Assembly (NCBI RefSeq): GCF_006345805.1
Contig: NC_043019.1
Location: 1,426,001-1,490,000 of the forward strand
Source: Octopus sinensis
Taxonomy: Eukaryota
Length of the DNA: 64,000 nucleotides
Direction: 5' to 3'
The number at the start of each line of letters is the position of its first letter. The first letter of the stretch is position 1. A program made the translations under genes and the position numbers. Below, piece by piece: positions 12,822-25,299 of this stretch. Under the pieces are notes generated by a model. The model was not told the origin of the DNA, did not search any database, and was given only the letters and a program-made list of their open reading frames with translations.

Positions 12822-13760
12822 ATTGAGTGAGAAGTACTGCATGCCGTCAAAGTGACACTGGGGTAAAATATACGAAGCCCAGTATACCCATCATGGGAAG
12901 CACTCCGTCGGTTACGACGATGAGGGTACCGGTTGATCCGAATCAACGGAACAGCTTGCTCGTGAAATTAACGTGTAAGTTGCTGAACACTCCACAGACA
13001 CGTGCACCCTTAACGTAGTTCTCGGGGATATTCAGCGTGACACAGAGAGTGACAAGGCCGGCCCTTTGAAATACAGGTACAACAGAAACAGGAAGTAAGA
13101 GTGAGAGAAAGTTGTGGTAAAAGAGTACAGCAGGGATCACCATCATCCCCTGCCGGAGCCTCGTGGAGATTTTTTAGGTGTTTTCGCTCAATAAACACTC
13201 ACAACGCCCGGTCTGGGAATCGAAACCGCGATCCTATGACCGCGAGTCCGCTGCCCTAACCACTGGGCCATTGCGCCTCCAACCCATCATGACTACCCGT
13301 CTGATAAGGGTACACTAGGCACATGCATCACAACCATATGTGCGCGACATGGTGATCTCATATCAAGAAAAACAGCGCATGACCTTGCAAGTGGGGCTCA
13401 GTTAGAATTTCCTTCTGGTGGAATAGCTCAAAAGGTCCCAGAATAAGGATTGTTTAAGGATGTTGAAGGAACCACCCATGTTTCCAAAGGTACATTTTCC
13501 AAACTTCTAAGAATTCCCTTCAACACCCGGCTATGCTATTCCCCCACTACTTCTGCTCGTGATCAGAGACATACATATCGTCAGCAACTAAGGGTCATGG
13601 TCAACTGGTTATGGTCAAACAACTGAGAAGCAAATCTGTGGTATTGAGAAAAATATTTCCTGTAGCCCATCTTTTATACCAAAACAATGTACATGATAAC
13701 ACTCCCAATCAGTTAAGATCAGCAGTCATGAGAGGCCAGGAAGTCAGAGGTGAGCTATTG
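12822..13760. mobile_element. Unclassified interspersed-repeat-like segment abutting (ATT)n, interrupted by a SINE C insertion
   Basis: Sequence is continuous across the SINE C target-site duplication (...AGTATACCCATCATG|ACTACCCGTCTG...); GC content is higher than the flanks; family not identifiable here. Confidence 0.4.
12896..13281 (-). mobile_element. tRNA-headed SINE family C, full length, 10-bp TSD
   Basis: Head (reverse complement) GGAGGCGCAATGGCCCAGTGGTTAGGGCAGCGGACTCGCGGTC..GGTTTCGATTCCC; TSD ACCCATCATG at 12886-12895 and 13282-13291; near-identical to 57070-57458. Confidence 0.9.
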
Positions 13761-13949
13761 TTCAGTTCTATTAACTCCGTTACTTTTCTGCTACTCTATT
13801 TTATAGACCCTCAAAGGACGAAACTTAAATTTGACCACAGCCGAATTTATGGTCAGAATATAAAGTGTCAGAAGAAATTCCGCAAAGCATTATTGTCTGA
13901 CAGCTTAACAATTCTGCCACCTCAATACGATGATAATAAAGATAATAAT

Positions 13950-14342
13950 ATTTTCTACTCTATGCATAAGGCCCGAAATTTGGGAGTGGGGCCAGTTGAT
14001 TAAATCGACCCCAGTATGCAAATGGTACTTAATTTATCGACCCTCGAAAGAATGAAAGGCAAAGTCGACCTCGGCGGAATTTGAACTCAGAACACAGAGG
14101 AAAATACCTATTTCTTTACTATCCACAAGGGGCTAAACACAGAGAGGACAAACAAGGACAGACAAACGGATTAAGTCGATTATATTGAGCCCAGTGCGTA
14201 ACTGGTACTTATTTAATTGACCCTGAAAGGATGAAAGGCAAAGTCGACCTCGGGGGAATTTGAACTCAGAACATAGCGGCAGACGAAATATCGCTAAGTA
14301 TTTTGCCCAACGCGCTAACGTTTCTACCAGTTCGCCGCCTTA
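13950..14342 (-). mobile_element. SINE family B with duplicated body unit
   Basis: Two tandem body units plus a head ending CGCCGCCTT. Confidence 0.85.
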
Positions 14343-14469
14343 ATAAATAAAGATAATAATCATTAAAATGATGACAACAGTGATGACGATGAGGAGGAGG
14401 AGGTAGATTTTTTATCAGTCATAAGAGTATCTATGAGGAAAAAATTACAATACACAAAGTAGTAGTGGT

Positions 14470-14700
14470 AGTAGTAGCAGAAGCAACAGAAGAAGAAGAA
14501 GAAGAAGAAGAAGAAGAGAGGAGGAGGAAGAAGAAGAAGAAGAAGAAGAAGAAGAAAAGAAGAAGAGAAGAAGAAGAGGAGGAGGAAGAAGAAGAAGAAG
14601 AAGAAGAAGAAGAAGAAGAAGAAGAAGAGAAGAAGAAGAAGAAGAAGTGGAAGAAGAAGAAGAAGAACAACAACAACAACAACAAGAACAAGAAGAAGAA
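14470..14700. repeat. (GAA)n/(GAG)n/(CAA)n microsatellite
   Basis: Seen directly. Confidence 0.97.
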
Positions 14701-15149
14701 CCTATGTTTCAGCGTAAAATTCCTTATCGAAACCTCCGTCTCAACAACAGATAATGCATTTCTAACAGAATGTGGATCGATTTTGGGCGGGGTGGGGGTT
14801 AATCTCTCTATAAATTTCTCGAAATACATATGTTCCGAATATGGAACCTAGAAACCGAAAGGACCCTTGTAATGATATAAATTCTTTGGGAAAAGTAAAC
14901 GACATGCAGCTACCCGCCAGGACATACATATATGCATGTATACTCAGGACATATATATATATATGCATAACATAGAGAAAAGGGGGCTGCTAGGTATCAC
15001 ATATATTATAACACATTACGTAGAGAGATTCAATAGCCTAAGATACTAAAATCAAAGCAAAACATTTAATATATCCAAGGCGAAATAGTTGCGCTCAGTA
15101 ATGCAGAGAAAGAATGCGATACAAATTTGTCAACGGAACAATAATAATT

Positions 15150-15345
15150 TCTACAATAAGTGCAATGTCTGAAATTTGGCGGAGGAAGGTTGTCGATTAA
15201 ATCGGCCCAAGTACGCAACTGATACTCAATTTATCGACCGCGAAAAAAGGTGAAAGGCAAAGTCGATCTCGGTGGAATTTGAACCCGGAACAACGTAGCG
15301 ACGGGCGAAATACCGTTACGCGTTTCGTCCAGCGTGCTAACAATT
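15150..15345 (-). mobile_element. Diverged SINE family B
   Basis: AAAGGCAAAGTCGATCTCGGTGGAATTTGAACCCGG...CGTTTCGTCCAGCGTGCTAAC. Confidence 0.75.
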
Positions 15346-15349
15346 CTTT

Positions 15350-15504
<155 letters not shown>

Positions 15505-15888
15505 AATGTTATGATAGCAAAAAGGGGATGATTGCTACCTAACTCAGATACCAGGAAACGCCATATGACAGAAGTTCAAAAGATAGTGCTCATGGGAACT
15601 GCTCATATCCTAAGCAAAATACTTTCTATGTAATCTCAAGTTTTAAAAACAAACATAATTTTCGTATGTTTTTTTTTTTAGACATTCACTAGTAGAACAC
15701 TAAATACAAAACCAAATATATATACGGCACATTAGGCATAACAACAACATGAACTTCCAACCTGTTGTCTCTTGAGGTCTCAGGGTGAGACTTGGAGCCA
15801 ACTTGTACAGATATAAAGCAAAGTCAAACATAGAATAATAATAATAATAATAATATAATAATATAATATAATAATAATAATAATAATG

Positions 15889-15941
<53 letters not shown>
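15505..15941 (+). mobile_element. 5'-truncated R4/Dong-like LINE 3' end with 3' UTR and (AAT)n tail
   Basis: YLTQIPGN/MTEVQKIVLMGTAHILSKILSM* (stop at 15631-15633) resembles the R4-clade C-terminus LQK..LLGTA.ILR; a UTR of about 200 bp follows, then (AAT)n at 15834-15941. Confidence 0.7.
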
Positions 15942-15943
<2 letters not shown>

Positions 15944-16045
15944 AAATAACTCTGGATTAAAAGCTGAAACGGACAGACTCATTTTTGCTACACCAAGTCA
16001 GTGCCCGGCTACGAACAATTATAAAAACAAAATTATGAAAACAAG
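15942..16045 (+). mobile_element. Short R4/Dong-like internal fragment
   Basis: SGLKAETDRLIFATPSQCPATNNYKNKIMK resembles the R4 segment LK.ETE..I.AAQ.Q.L.TN. Confidence 0.55.
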
Positions 16046-18651
16046 TCCTAGTATTATGATCTATGCGGTGATCACACGCTACATACGTTCCTTCTAAGCA
16101 CTGCTGTAAAAAAAAGGACCAAAGCTAGGACGTTAAAACTTAGTGCGCGTACAGAACAACGTTCAAGGTCAATCTGTGCCGAACGGCTTTATGCTGCCTG
16201 CTTTAGCATCGTTGCTATAGCAAAAATCCGGATATTTATTGATCAGTTAACTTAATCTAAAATGCATATTTAGTTGCGATTTTAAAACGACTTCTGTGAA
16301 GTGTTTGTTATGGTCATTGTATTGTGAAACGGGAGAATCTGGAGCTAAGATGTTGGATCGGATATAAAGGACTTGTGTACAGCATATACGAGGAAGTATT
16401 GGTTTATTTACGTAGGATTGCTAATCAAAGCTATATCAACCGTACATTGAGATAATTAGAAAAATGCATCAGTGTTGCTTATTAAAGAAAAGTATTTGAG
16501 AAAATTAATACAGTAACGGTTTCTAAATAATATATAGACAGAGGCAAAAGCGATGTCAAAAGACGAATGACAGCTTATACGAATCAAAATAGACTGATTC
16601 GACATTCCAAAGAGCGAAAGTTCGGCGGATTTCAGAGTATTCCTAACCCTGCGCGCGTAGTTGAAGCAGGGTTATTGCAGCCGCTTGTATTTGTCGGTTT
16701 TTGCAACGTTACTGGAAAACGTCAAAATAGATTTTCACTAAATTTGGCAGAAATACTCCGTGAATGAGTGGCTCGAACTCAATAAATTCTTGTTTGATTG
16801 TTTTCAAAGCTGGTTAACTGATGAATCGAAATGTATTTTTTTCTTTGTTACTTTTGCATAAACGATCAGCAGGGGAAATAATTGTCGATGTCATTTTCTT
16901 GACATATGAATTTGTCTGATAATATATTTATTAAAATAAATTCTATTTTATCTTTGTATGCGTGTAGTGTATGCCTCATCCCTCCGATGCTTTTTTTTGT
17001 TTTCATTATATGTGTGCCAATAGAATTTGATAACTTAGGGTAAAAAACACAAGTCTAAACAGAATATCCACTTAAAATTCATAAATGTAGCTCATGTATA
17101 TACCAGGAATATATTTTCAAGCAAATTTTCAATTTAAATTCCAAATATACATATTTGGTAATTTTTATTTCTTAGAAAATTAAAAAATCTGTCACTATAT
17201 ACAACGTACTGTCTTTATTAAAATTTTACAGAACACCTACGCCATTTCAATTTTATTGTTTTACTACAAATAAATTAGGCTTTATGTAAGGTATAAAAAC
17301 AAAACATTGAAAATGATTATAGATAAATAAAACTGAAACTACAAAAGCCAACAATATTTTTGAAATAACGTACAAGTAATTATAAAAGTCATATACTTAT
17401 ACAGGGAGCTGAAGTTCGATTCTTATGTAAGCATTAAATTCTGTACAAAGGAAAAAATAATACGTAGATCGCTGCTTAGAAACTCATGTGTCATAACAGC
17501 ACACAACAGCTGTAACTTGTGGAACATTCCAAGCACTTTTTGGAATTTTCCGTTCGTGGTGTGCCATGTCGTCATTAAAGAAATTCGTGTTTTTGAGATT
17601 TAGTATTTTGGGAATTCGGATAAAGGATTATCAAATGTCCCTGATTAAGAAAAATCGCTACAAAAAGAAATTGCCGACCAATGAGCTCTGCCCGTTGAAA
17701 TCAGACTATCGAGTAAATAATTTTTCAAACGTGAACGTTCGGGGACAATAACCTCGCACGCACCTACAGGATGCATTCAATCGGCCAAACGGCGTGATTT
17801 CGATCACAACTCTTGTTCATAGATGAGGTTCTTTACTCATTATATTTCCAATATTTCTTTTTGTTGCCTTACTATTCTCTGTTTTACACTTGCTATACAT
17901 CTGCCTTGTTGATTTTAGTTTTCAGAGAAGGTATGTTCATGAATGTACGCATTCTTCCACCTATGTAACTCTCGAATAATGCTACAAATGCAAGTTCCAC
18001 CATCATCTATCAAAACCTCATTAGTATACTACTTAAGTTCATTAAACATATGCTCATATTGTTCGATATAACAGTTGGGTAATATTCAAATATTGTTATC
18101 TAGTAAGAGTAAATTCTCAGCCACTACTGATGTTTCAGCTGTCTCAAAATATGCACGAAAATTAGAATTATTTCAATTTGCAAATTGATAATACTGCCAT
18201 GTTCAGATGTTCTACAGTTAGCGCATTCAATTATTCAATTTTTAGTTAAATAATTAGGAAATATTCTGTTGTGTCTGGGGTAGTTTTGAATCTATTGAAA
18301 AGGTTGCAAGACGCAACGAAAATTTTAGGAATATAGAAATAAGAAAAAAATGGAAATTTTACCGGTGAGGGTGTTATATTATAAGGCACAAAAAGAAAAT
18401 GTCTCTCCCCAGACACAACAGAATATACTTCAACACACAAACTCATATAAAGAAACTTGCAAACCAAATCCCAAAACGAAATTAGGAAATATTTTATTCC
18501 CATTTTATTCTTTTATAAGTTAATCTTTCTGTGTTTCTTTGTTCAACCGCATGTTAGCCTTACTCCAGTAGACTTCTAAGCAGAGACAATCCATCAGTGA
18601 GTGTCTACACTTTTTATCCAGAAATAGTGCATCTAACACATTATCCTATAT

Positions 18652-18852
18652 ATTCTCTTTTACTTGTTTAAATCATATGACTGTGGCCATGCTGGATCAC
18701 CGCTTTTAGTCGGGCAAATCGACCCCCAGGACTTATACTTTGTAAGCCTGGTACTTATTCTATCGGTGTCTTTTGCTGAACCGCTAAGTTACGGGGACGT
18801 AAACACACCAGCATCGGTTGTCAAGCGATGTTGGGGGGACAAACACACACTC

Positions 18853-18889
<37 letters not shown>

Positions 18890-19052
18890 TACGACGGGCT
18901 TCTTTCAGTTTCCGTCCACCAAATCCCCTGACAAGCCTTTGGTCGGCCCGAGGCTATAGTAGAAGACACATGCCCAAGGTGTCCAGTGGGAATGAACCCG
19001 GAACCATGTGGTTGGTAAGGAAGCTACTTACCACACAGCCACTCCTGCGGCT
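18652..19052 (-). mobile_element. SINE family A, full length, internal (CA)(TA)n
   Basis: Homologous to the other family A copies. Confidence 0.88.
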
Positions 19053-20087
19053 CCATGCTTATTATTATTTTTTTTATGGGGGTCTTTTTTCTTTTGTTGG
19101 GGTGGGTTCTCTTTTGCTTTTATTTGTCGTTAGGTTATGGCTCGGGATGCTTTTCAATATAAAGTCGTATCTTATGACAGTCAATGCAAATATTACATAA
19201 CATGAATGATATTTTCCATTTGTCAATGTGTTTGGTTTCCTGAAGATTGAAAATACGCATTGAGGGAACTTAACATTGTAGGAAGAGATCATGTGACTAC
19301 CGATGGAAGGGAAAGTCAAATGGACCTGCTAAGACAGGTGGTAGGCGAAGATATAGTAATATAATTAAATGAAATTTAGTTTTCAGCATCAGAAAAAAGT
19401 ACTATCGAACAATCAGATCCATAATAGGGCCACAAATACGTAAGTGAGAGATAATTCCCATTAATTTGATTTTACTCCAGAAGCAAGTCAGGAAAAATTG
19501 ACGCAGTTAAATATTTGAAATGAAAACGATAAGAGATGAACAGTAATTGTAACACCGATTTCTGGTAGGAGAAAACTTTCTGTAGCACAAGCGGCAAGCA
19601 GGAGAAATTTGTAGAGGGAGAACATTCGTTGAGCAATTTTTTGGCCCGCTAGGTTTTGACGCTCTAAGGGAGCCGGGTCTGCGTTGGTCATCAGTCCCAG
19701 TTTTCCTCATACCGTTTTCAAAACGAAACTTTTGAAATAGAAACTTTATAGGCTGGACAATAGAGATAATACTGCTTTCTAATTAAGCACTAAATATGGG
19801 GACAGATATTAATTGATTATATGAAATGATCTTGCGACAAATAGTACTTGATTGTATCGATCTCAGTATCACATTAGTGTATTTATCGAGCAATAGAGAT
19901 CCACTGCGTGACAACTGATCTTGTTTAAGGCAGAGAAGGAAGAATTATGAGTCGAAAGCATAGACTTCTGTATTGAAGTGATGCTTGAGGACTTTATTTT
20001 ATTGACCCTAAAGGATGATATATACATATATATGAATGTATATATATGTGTATGTGTGTGTATAAATAAAGAGAGGGAGAGTGAAAA

Positions 20088-20236
20088 TGAGAGCTTGAAC
20101 ACTATTACGGAATTCAGCTAACTGAATTCATAGTTGCTAATTTAATGCTGTAGCGGTTTCCCGTCAAAAGTAAGACGAGGTTAATATGTGTCATCTAGTA
20201 GGAAATATATTTATTAAAATTGACGCTAATATTACT
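20088..20236. repeat. 149-bp dispersed duplicate, copy 1 (copy 2 at 25101-25249)
   Basis: TGAGAGCTTGAACACTATTAC...ACGCTAATATTACT occurs at both loci, about 90% identical by eye. Confidence 0.85.
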
Positions 20237-20704
20237 AGTGTTTTATTGTCCCCAAAAGGATGATAGGGTAAGTTGAAGTCAGCGGAATTTGAACCCAGAG
20301 CTTAAGAAATACCACAAATCATTTTTTCCTACGCTTTAGTTTTTCTGCCAGCTCGCAACATTTGCAGCCAGTACGATACTGAAAATACATTTTTTTTATG
20401 GATAAGGAGGCATAACGATATACAAATCAACTGTATTTTGTTTCGAATTTTTCAATAAATGGCAGCTGCATTTCCCTCTCTTCACACTCCGACATTCGTG
20501 AAAACATGCAGGGCATTAAATAATTCAGTCCTAGATATTATATACGTGAATAGAAAATGAGTTGGTTCCGGCTGAAAAACCTTTGAGCATCGATCATCTG
20601 TTCTTGACAGCTAAATGGTCGAGCGATCAAATAAAAAGAGCAAAGAAATATTCATCGTGCCCCAAGCCACCAGCACCATGTTAAAAATGAGTATGAGATA
20701 TTGC

Positions 20705-20918
20705 CTTCAGAAGTTTGGTGCAAGGTTGGCAATATTTGGGGATGGGGGTAAGTCGATTACATCGACCCCAGTAATCAACTGGTACTTATTTTATCAACTC
20801 CAAAAGAATGAAAGGCTGAATCGACTACGTGAGAATTTGAACGCAAAACAGAATGACAGACGAAATACCCCTAAGTGTTTCTGCCCGGCATTCTAATGAT
20901 TCAGCCAGCTCGGCGCCT
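20705..20918 (-). mobile_element. Diverged SINE family B
   Basis: AGTCGATTACATCGACCCCAGTAATCAACTGGTACTTATTTTATC...CAGCTCGGCGCCTT. Confidence 0.75.
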
Positions 20919-21157
20919 TAATGGGTATGAAATATTAGTCGCAATTATCTGTAAACGGCAGAATTGTCAGGGCTGGTCTGGTCTGATTAGTTCTAGCCAG
21001 ATCTACTGTAGAAATCATTGAGTTTTACGTTGCGCAGAGTTGACAGCGGGCAACACAACGACATCGCATCATCATCAACATAATACTGTCTACAAATTGC
21101 GTAAAGAGTGAGCAAGATCAAAGTCTTAAGGATATCAACGTTTATTTTAAAAAAAAC

Positions 21158-21308
21158 GGCTGTGTGGTAAGTAGCTTGCTAACTAACCACATGGTTCCGG
21201 GTTCAGTCCCACTGCGTGGCATCTTGGGCAAGTCTCTTCTGCTATAGCCCCGAGCCGACCAATGCCTTGTGAGTGGATTTGGTAGACGGAAACTGAAAGA
21301 AGCCTGTC

Positions 21309-21346
<38 letters not shown>

Positions 21347-21573
21347 GTATGTGTTTGTGTGTCTGTGTTTGTCCCCCTAGCATTGCTGGACAACCGATGC
21401 TGGTGTGTTTACGTCCCCGTCACTTAGCGGTTCGGCAAAAGAGACCGATAGAATAAGTACTGGGCTTACAAAAGAATAAGTTCCGGAGTCGAGTTGCTCG
21501 ATTAAAGGTGGTGCTCCAGCATGGCCGCAGTCAAATGACTGAAACAAGTAAACGAGTAAAGAGAGAGTAAAGA
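21158..21573 (+). mobile_element. SINE family A, near full length, internal (TA)n
   Basis: GGCTGTGTGGTAAGTAGCTTGCT...GGTTCAGTCCC...CAAATGACTGAAACAAGTAAACGAGTAAAGAG. Confidence 0.9.
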
Positions 21574-21870
21574 CTATCGCAATGAGTAAACAAGTTTTGC
21601 TAATAAAAAAAACAAATTTAACCTATTTAACCTAAAAGGCAAATAGAGAATTACTGTGGAGTCAGGTGACATTTTATTGAGGAAACTTATAAACCAGATA
21701 TATTTGACGCTTTGATATTGGAATATCTAGTTCATGAAATGGAAATAAAATTATTTGAAAAAATGATAATAATATAAATGTAGCAGTGTCATTTGTAATT
21801 TTGTAAATATTTAGATATACTTCAATTGAAATATTCCGTTTTGTACATTACATAAACATTTGGGAGTGAA

Positions 21871-21922
<52 letters not shown>

Positions 21923-21959
21923 TATATTATATTATATTATATTATATTATATATTATTA

Positions 21960-22085
21960 AATGTATGGATAGATAGATATGAAATTTGGCATCCCACTTT
22001 AGCACGTTTCTCTCCGATAGGTTATTCAACTCACTGGCGGCCAGACCGAGTTCGCAACCGCTTGCAGCGAACTACTATACCCTCA
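21960..22085. mobile_element. Possible Helentron/HINE-like non-autonomous fragment
   Basis: Hairpin AGTTCGC...GCGAACT followed by ACTATACCC, plus a GAAATTTGGCAT segment and a short (ATAG) repeat; recognised only by general resemblance. Confidence 0.3.
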
Positions 22086-22091
22086 CATATA

Positions 22092-22151
<60 letters not shown>

Positions 22152-22508
22152 GTGTGTGGGTGGTGTGGGTGTATGTATGTGTGTGTGTGGTTGAGGGGTA
22201 TTTCGTTAAGAGTAACAAAATAGAGTTCGTTCAAAATTAGAATATAACATAAATAATATATTTTCTAGTAATATATTGAATTACACTCAATGCAGCTGCT
22301 TCTACTTCGATTATTCCGCCAATTTCAAACAGTTTCAATGCATCTTAGGAGATTATCTTACATATTGTCGGGAGCAAATATTGGCACGTCTTAAGCGTGA
22401 GGAGACGAAAATTATATATATATAATTGCTTTCAAAATGTGACCTCGTGTGTACCGTTGGCGATTTTTTTCCTCTGTCTTCCCTTCTCTGGATCTTTCCT
22501 TCTCCTAT

Positions 22509-22543
22509 GTTTCCGACGAACAGCTCCGCTCGAAACGTTAAAC
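22509..22543 (+). ncRNA. Minimal type-I hammerhead-like motif (U4C core; stem II mismatch), copy 1
   Basis: GTTT-CCGACGA-A-CAGC(TCC)GCTC-GAAA-CGTT-AAAC: stem I GTTT/AAAC, palindromic stem III AACGTT. Confidence 0.45.
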
Positions 22544-22671
22544 CACCTTCTTCCCTTCTTTCCTGAGCATCCATAATACTATATTTGTCCCAACGTCCTC
22601 GCGTTGTTGTGTTATTTTGGGTTTCTTGTTGGATTACTATGTATATAATTATATATATATATATATATATA

Positions 22672-22704
<33 letters not shown>

Positions 22705-23056
22705 GGTGGGTGTGGGTGTATGTTGTGTGTGTGTGTGGTTGAGGGGTATTTCGTTAAGAAGTACAAAATAGAGTTCGTTCAAAATTAGAATAAATAAATA
22801 ATATATTTTCTAGTAATATATTGAATTACACTCAATATGCAGCTGCTTCTACTTCGATTATTCCGCAAATTTCAAACAGTTTCAATGCATCTTAGGGAGA
22901 TTATCTTACATATTGTCGGGAGCAAATATTGGCACGTCTTAAGCGTGAGGAGACGAAAAGTATATATATATAATTGCTTTCAAAATGTGACCTCGTGTGT
23001 ACCGTTGGCGATTTTTTTCCTCTGTCTTCCCTTCTCTGGATCTTTCCTTCTCCTAT

Positions 23057-23091
23057 GTTTCCGACGAACAGCTCCGCTCGAAACGTTAAAC
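23057..23091 (+). ncRNA. Minimal type-I hammerhead-like motif, copy 2
   Basis: Same motif in the duplicated unit. Confidence 0.45.
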
Positions 23092-23197
23092 CCTCCTTCT
23101 TCCCTTCTTTCCTGAGCATCCAATAATACTATATTTGTCCCACGTCCTCGCGTTGTTGTGTTATTTTGTGTTTTCTTGTTTGGATTAACTATGTATA

Positions 23198-23233
<36 letters not shown>

Positions 23234-23914
23234 TGTGTGCATGTATGTATGTATGTATGCTTTTACTGAGATGGTTTTTGTTAAGCAGTGTTGATTTTTA
23301 CAATTCTGTAAATAAAAATAATAGTATTCATATAAGCTTAAAGCTCATAAGCGATCACCACGCAATGACTAAGGAAAATAATCTAGTAATGGGGAATATA
23401 GACCCGCCCTCTCGACAGGAAAAAAATGAGCGTTTTCCGGTTGGCCTGGGATTAAAGCCGCCATCTCTTTGCTTCTACGACCAAGTGTGCGACCGTTAAA
23501 CCAACACACAACCTGCGTCTTTCTGTCAGATTCAACAACCATAATTACTAATTAGTATTGGCTTTGTAAACGAACATTCATGTGCTTTAACTGCGACGTA
23601 TTTTTTTATGCTTATACTTCTTAAATCTGACAGAAAGAAGCTGGGTGTGTGTTAGTGTAACGGTAGCACAGTTTATTGCGAAAATATATGTATGTTCTCT
23701 CTCGGGAGGACGTTTCGTGTATAGTCCTGCTAATTATATTTTCCATGACGGTCACACTGAGCATTTGCAGACATTTACGTAATGCAAATGTTAACAATGA
23801 AACCATGGTGTGTGACTAACCATTATAATTTGTATCTTTTCAGCTGTGTTGCTCGCTTTACGTTCTGACGTTTGCCGAATTTTCTTGAGAACGTTTTAAC
23901 ATTTACGGAGATAT

Positions 23915-24140
23915 ACTCGCATAGTAAGTGATTTGATCTGAGATCGTTTGCTGGAACGAAAACAATTGCAGCGTGGAAGCTGTTTGTAAGCCATTTAAGA
24001 AACACACGGATTTTTCATGAACAGGTCGCGGATTTTAGCGATGAAAATATTGACAAATTAAACTTAAATGTTGAAGTGAATCGAACGGCTTTTGTGCGTT
24101 TCTTAAATGGCTTACAAACACATTCCACGCTGCAATTATT
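23915..24140. mobile_element. Foldback element, copy 1 (inverted arms 23964-24007 and 24094-24137) with a degenerate HHR-like motif in the loop
   Basis: AATTGCAGCGTGGAA..TGTTTGTAAGCCATTTAAGAAAC pairs with GTTTCTTAAATGGCTTACAAACA..TTCCACGCTGCAATT; loop reads ATGAACA-G-GTCGC..GCGAT-GAAA-ATATT. Confidence 0.7.
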
Positions 24141-24180
24141 TTACATTTAGCATATTAGGAATAAACAAGTGGCAATTCCT

Positions 24181-24277
<97 letters not shown>

Positions 24278-24352
24278 ATATATATACTACTTCAGCACCC
24301 CACCTTAGATGAAGTCATTTGCTATATATATATATATTATCATTATATAATA

Positions 24353-24606
24353 TATAGCAAGTGACTTGATCTAAGGTGGTGTGCTGAAACAAAAACAATT
24401 GCAGCGTAGAAGGTTTTTATTAGCAATTTAAAAAACACACAAAGCCGTTCGATTCACTAAATCATTTAAATTCAGTTTTCTCATTGAACAAGTCGCAGTT
24501 TTAAAGCGACTAAAATATTGTGAAACAAGTTAAATTTAAATGTGGAAGTGAGTCTAAAGCTTTTTGCGTGTTTTATAAATAGCTTATAAACACCACGCTG
24601 CAATTG
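24353..24606. mobile_element. Foldback element, copy 2 of the same family, embedded in (TA)n
   Basis: Homologous to 23915-24140; arms CAATTGCAGCGT...ACGCTGCAATTG; loop TCA-TTGAACA-A-GTCGC..GCGAC-TAAA-ATATT-G-TGA (24481-24523); a short inverted copy of its left end lies at 24291-24326. Confidence 0.7.
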
Positions 24607-24724
24607 TATATATATGTATATTTTTATATATATATATATTTATATATATAATCGATAGATAGATAAATGGATACTGAGGAGGTTTTAAGGCTTTGGGAGA
24701 GAGTAAGGGCAACGGGATTGATAG

Positions 24725-24766
<42 letters not shown>

Positions 24767-24935
24767 GTAGGTTTCATACGAGTGGGTATATATTTATGAA
24801 AAAGAAGTTGAAACGCCACTATATAATAATTTTTTATTTTCTTAGAGATTTTACGTTTCGGTTCTTCTTGCAAAATTATCGTTAATTATTGTTTCTTACA
24901 CACACACACACATACATATATATATGCTAGTGTGC

Positions 24936-24969
<34 letters not shown>

Positions 24970-25024
24970 CATATATGTATATATAAATTCATTCATGCAT
25001 ACATACATAAACTATATATGTATA

Positions 25025-25088
<64 letters not shown>

Positions 25089-25100
25089 GGAGAGAGAAAG

Positions 25101-25249
25101 TGAGAGCTTGAACACTATTACTGAATTCAGCTGACTGAATTCATAGTTGCTAATTTAATGTTGTAGCGGTTTCCCGTCAGCGGTAAGGCGAGGTTAATAT
25201 GTGTCATCGAGTAGGAGATATATTTATTAAAATTTACGCTAATATTACT
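25101..25249. repeat. 149-bp dispersed duplicate, copy 2
   Basis: Matches 20088-20236; contains the perfect hairpin TGAATTCAG-ctga-CTGAATTCA (25122-25143). Confidence 0.85.
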
Positions 25250-25299
25250 TGCGTTGAAGCTTCAGTCTCACGAAAATTAAATATATTCGAAGTCGTCAT

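Larger units (their letters stand above)
22140..23230. repeat. Tandem duplication with a period of about 548 bp, bounded by (TA)n/(GT)n
   Basis: TTGAGGGGTATTTCGTTAAG at 22191 and 22739; the copies differ mostly by 1-2 bp indels. Confidence 0.92.

Noticed and set aside
16815-16845. CTGATGA-ATC-GAAATGTA as a hammerhead
   Set aside because: There is no stem II (3 nt) and only a 2-bp stem I; likely chance.
19387-19439. Possible 53-nt exon with a GTAAGT donor (similar cases at 57623-57658, 7669-7720 and an acceptor near 41790)
   Set aside because: Splice-like signals alone are expected by chance in 64 kb; there is no recognisable protein and no consistent exon chain.
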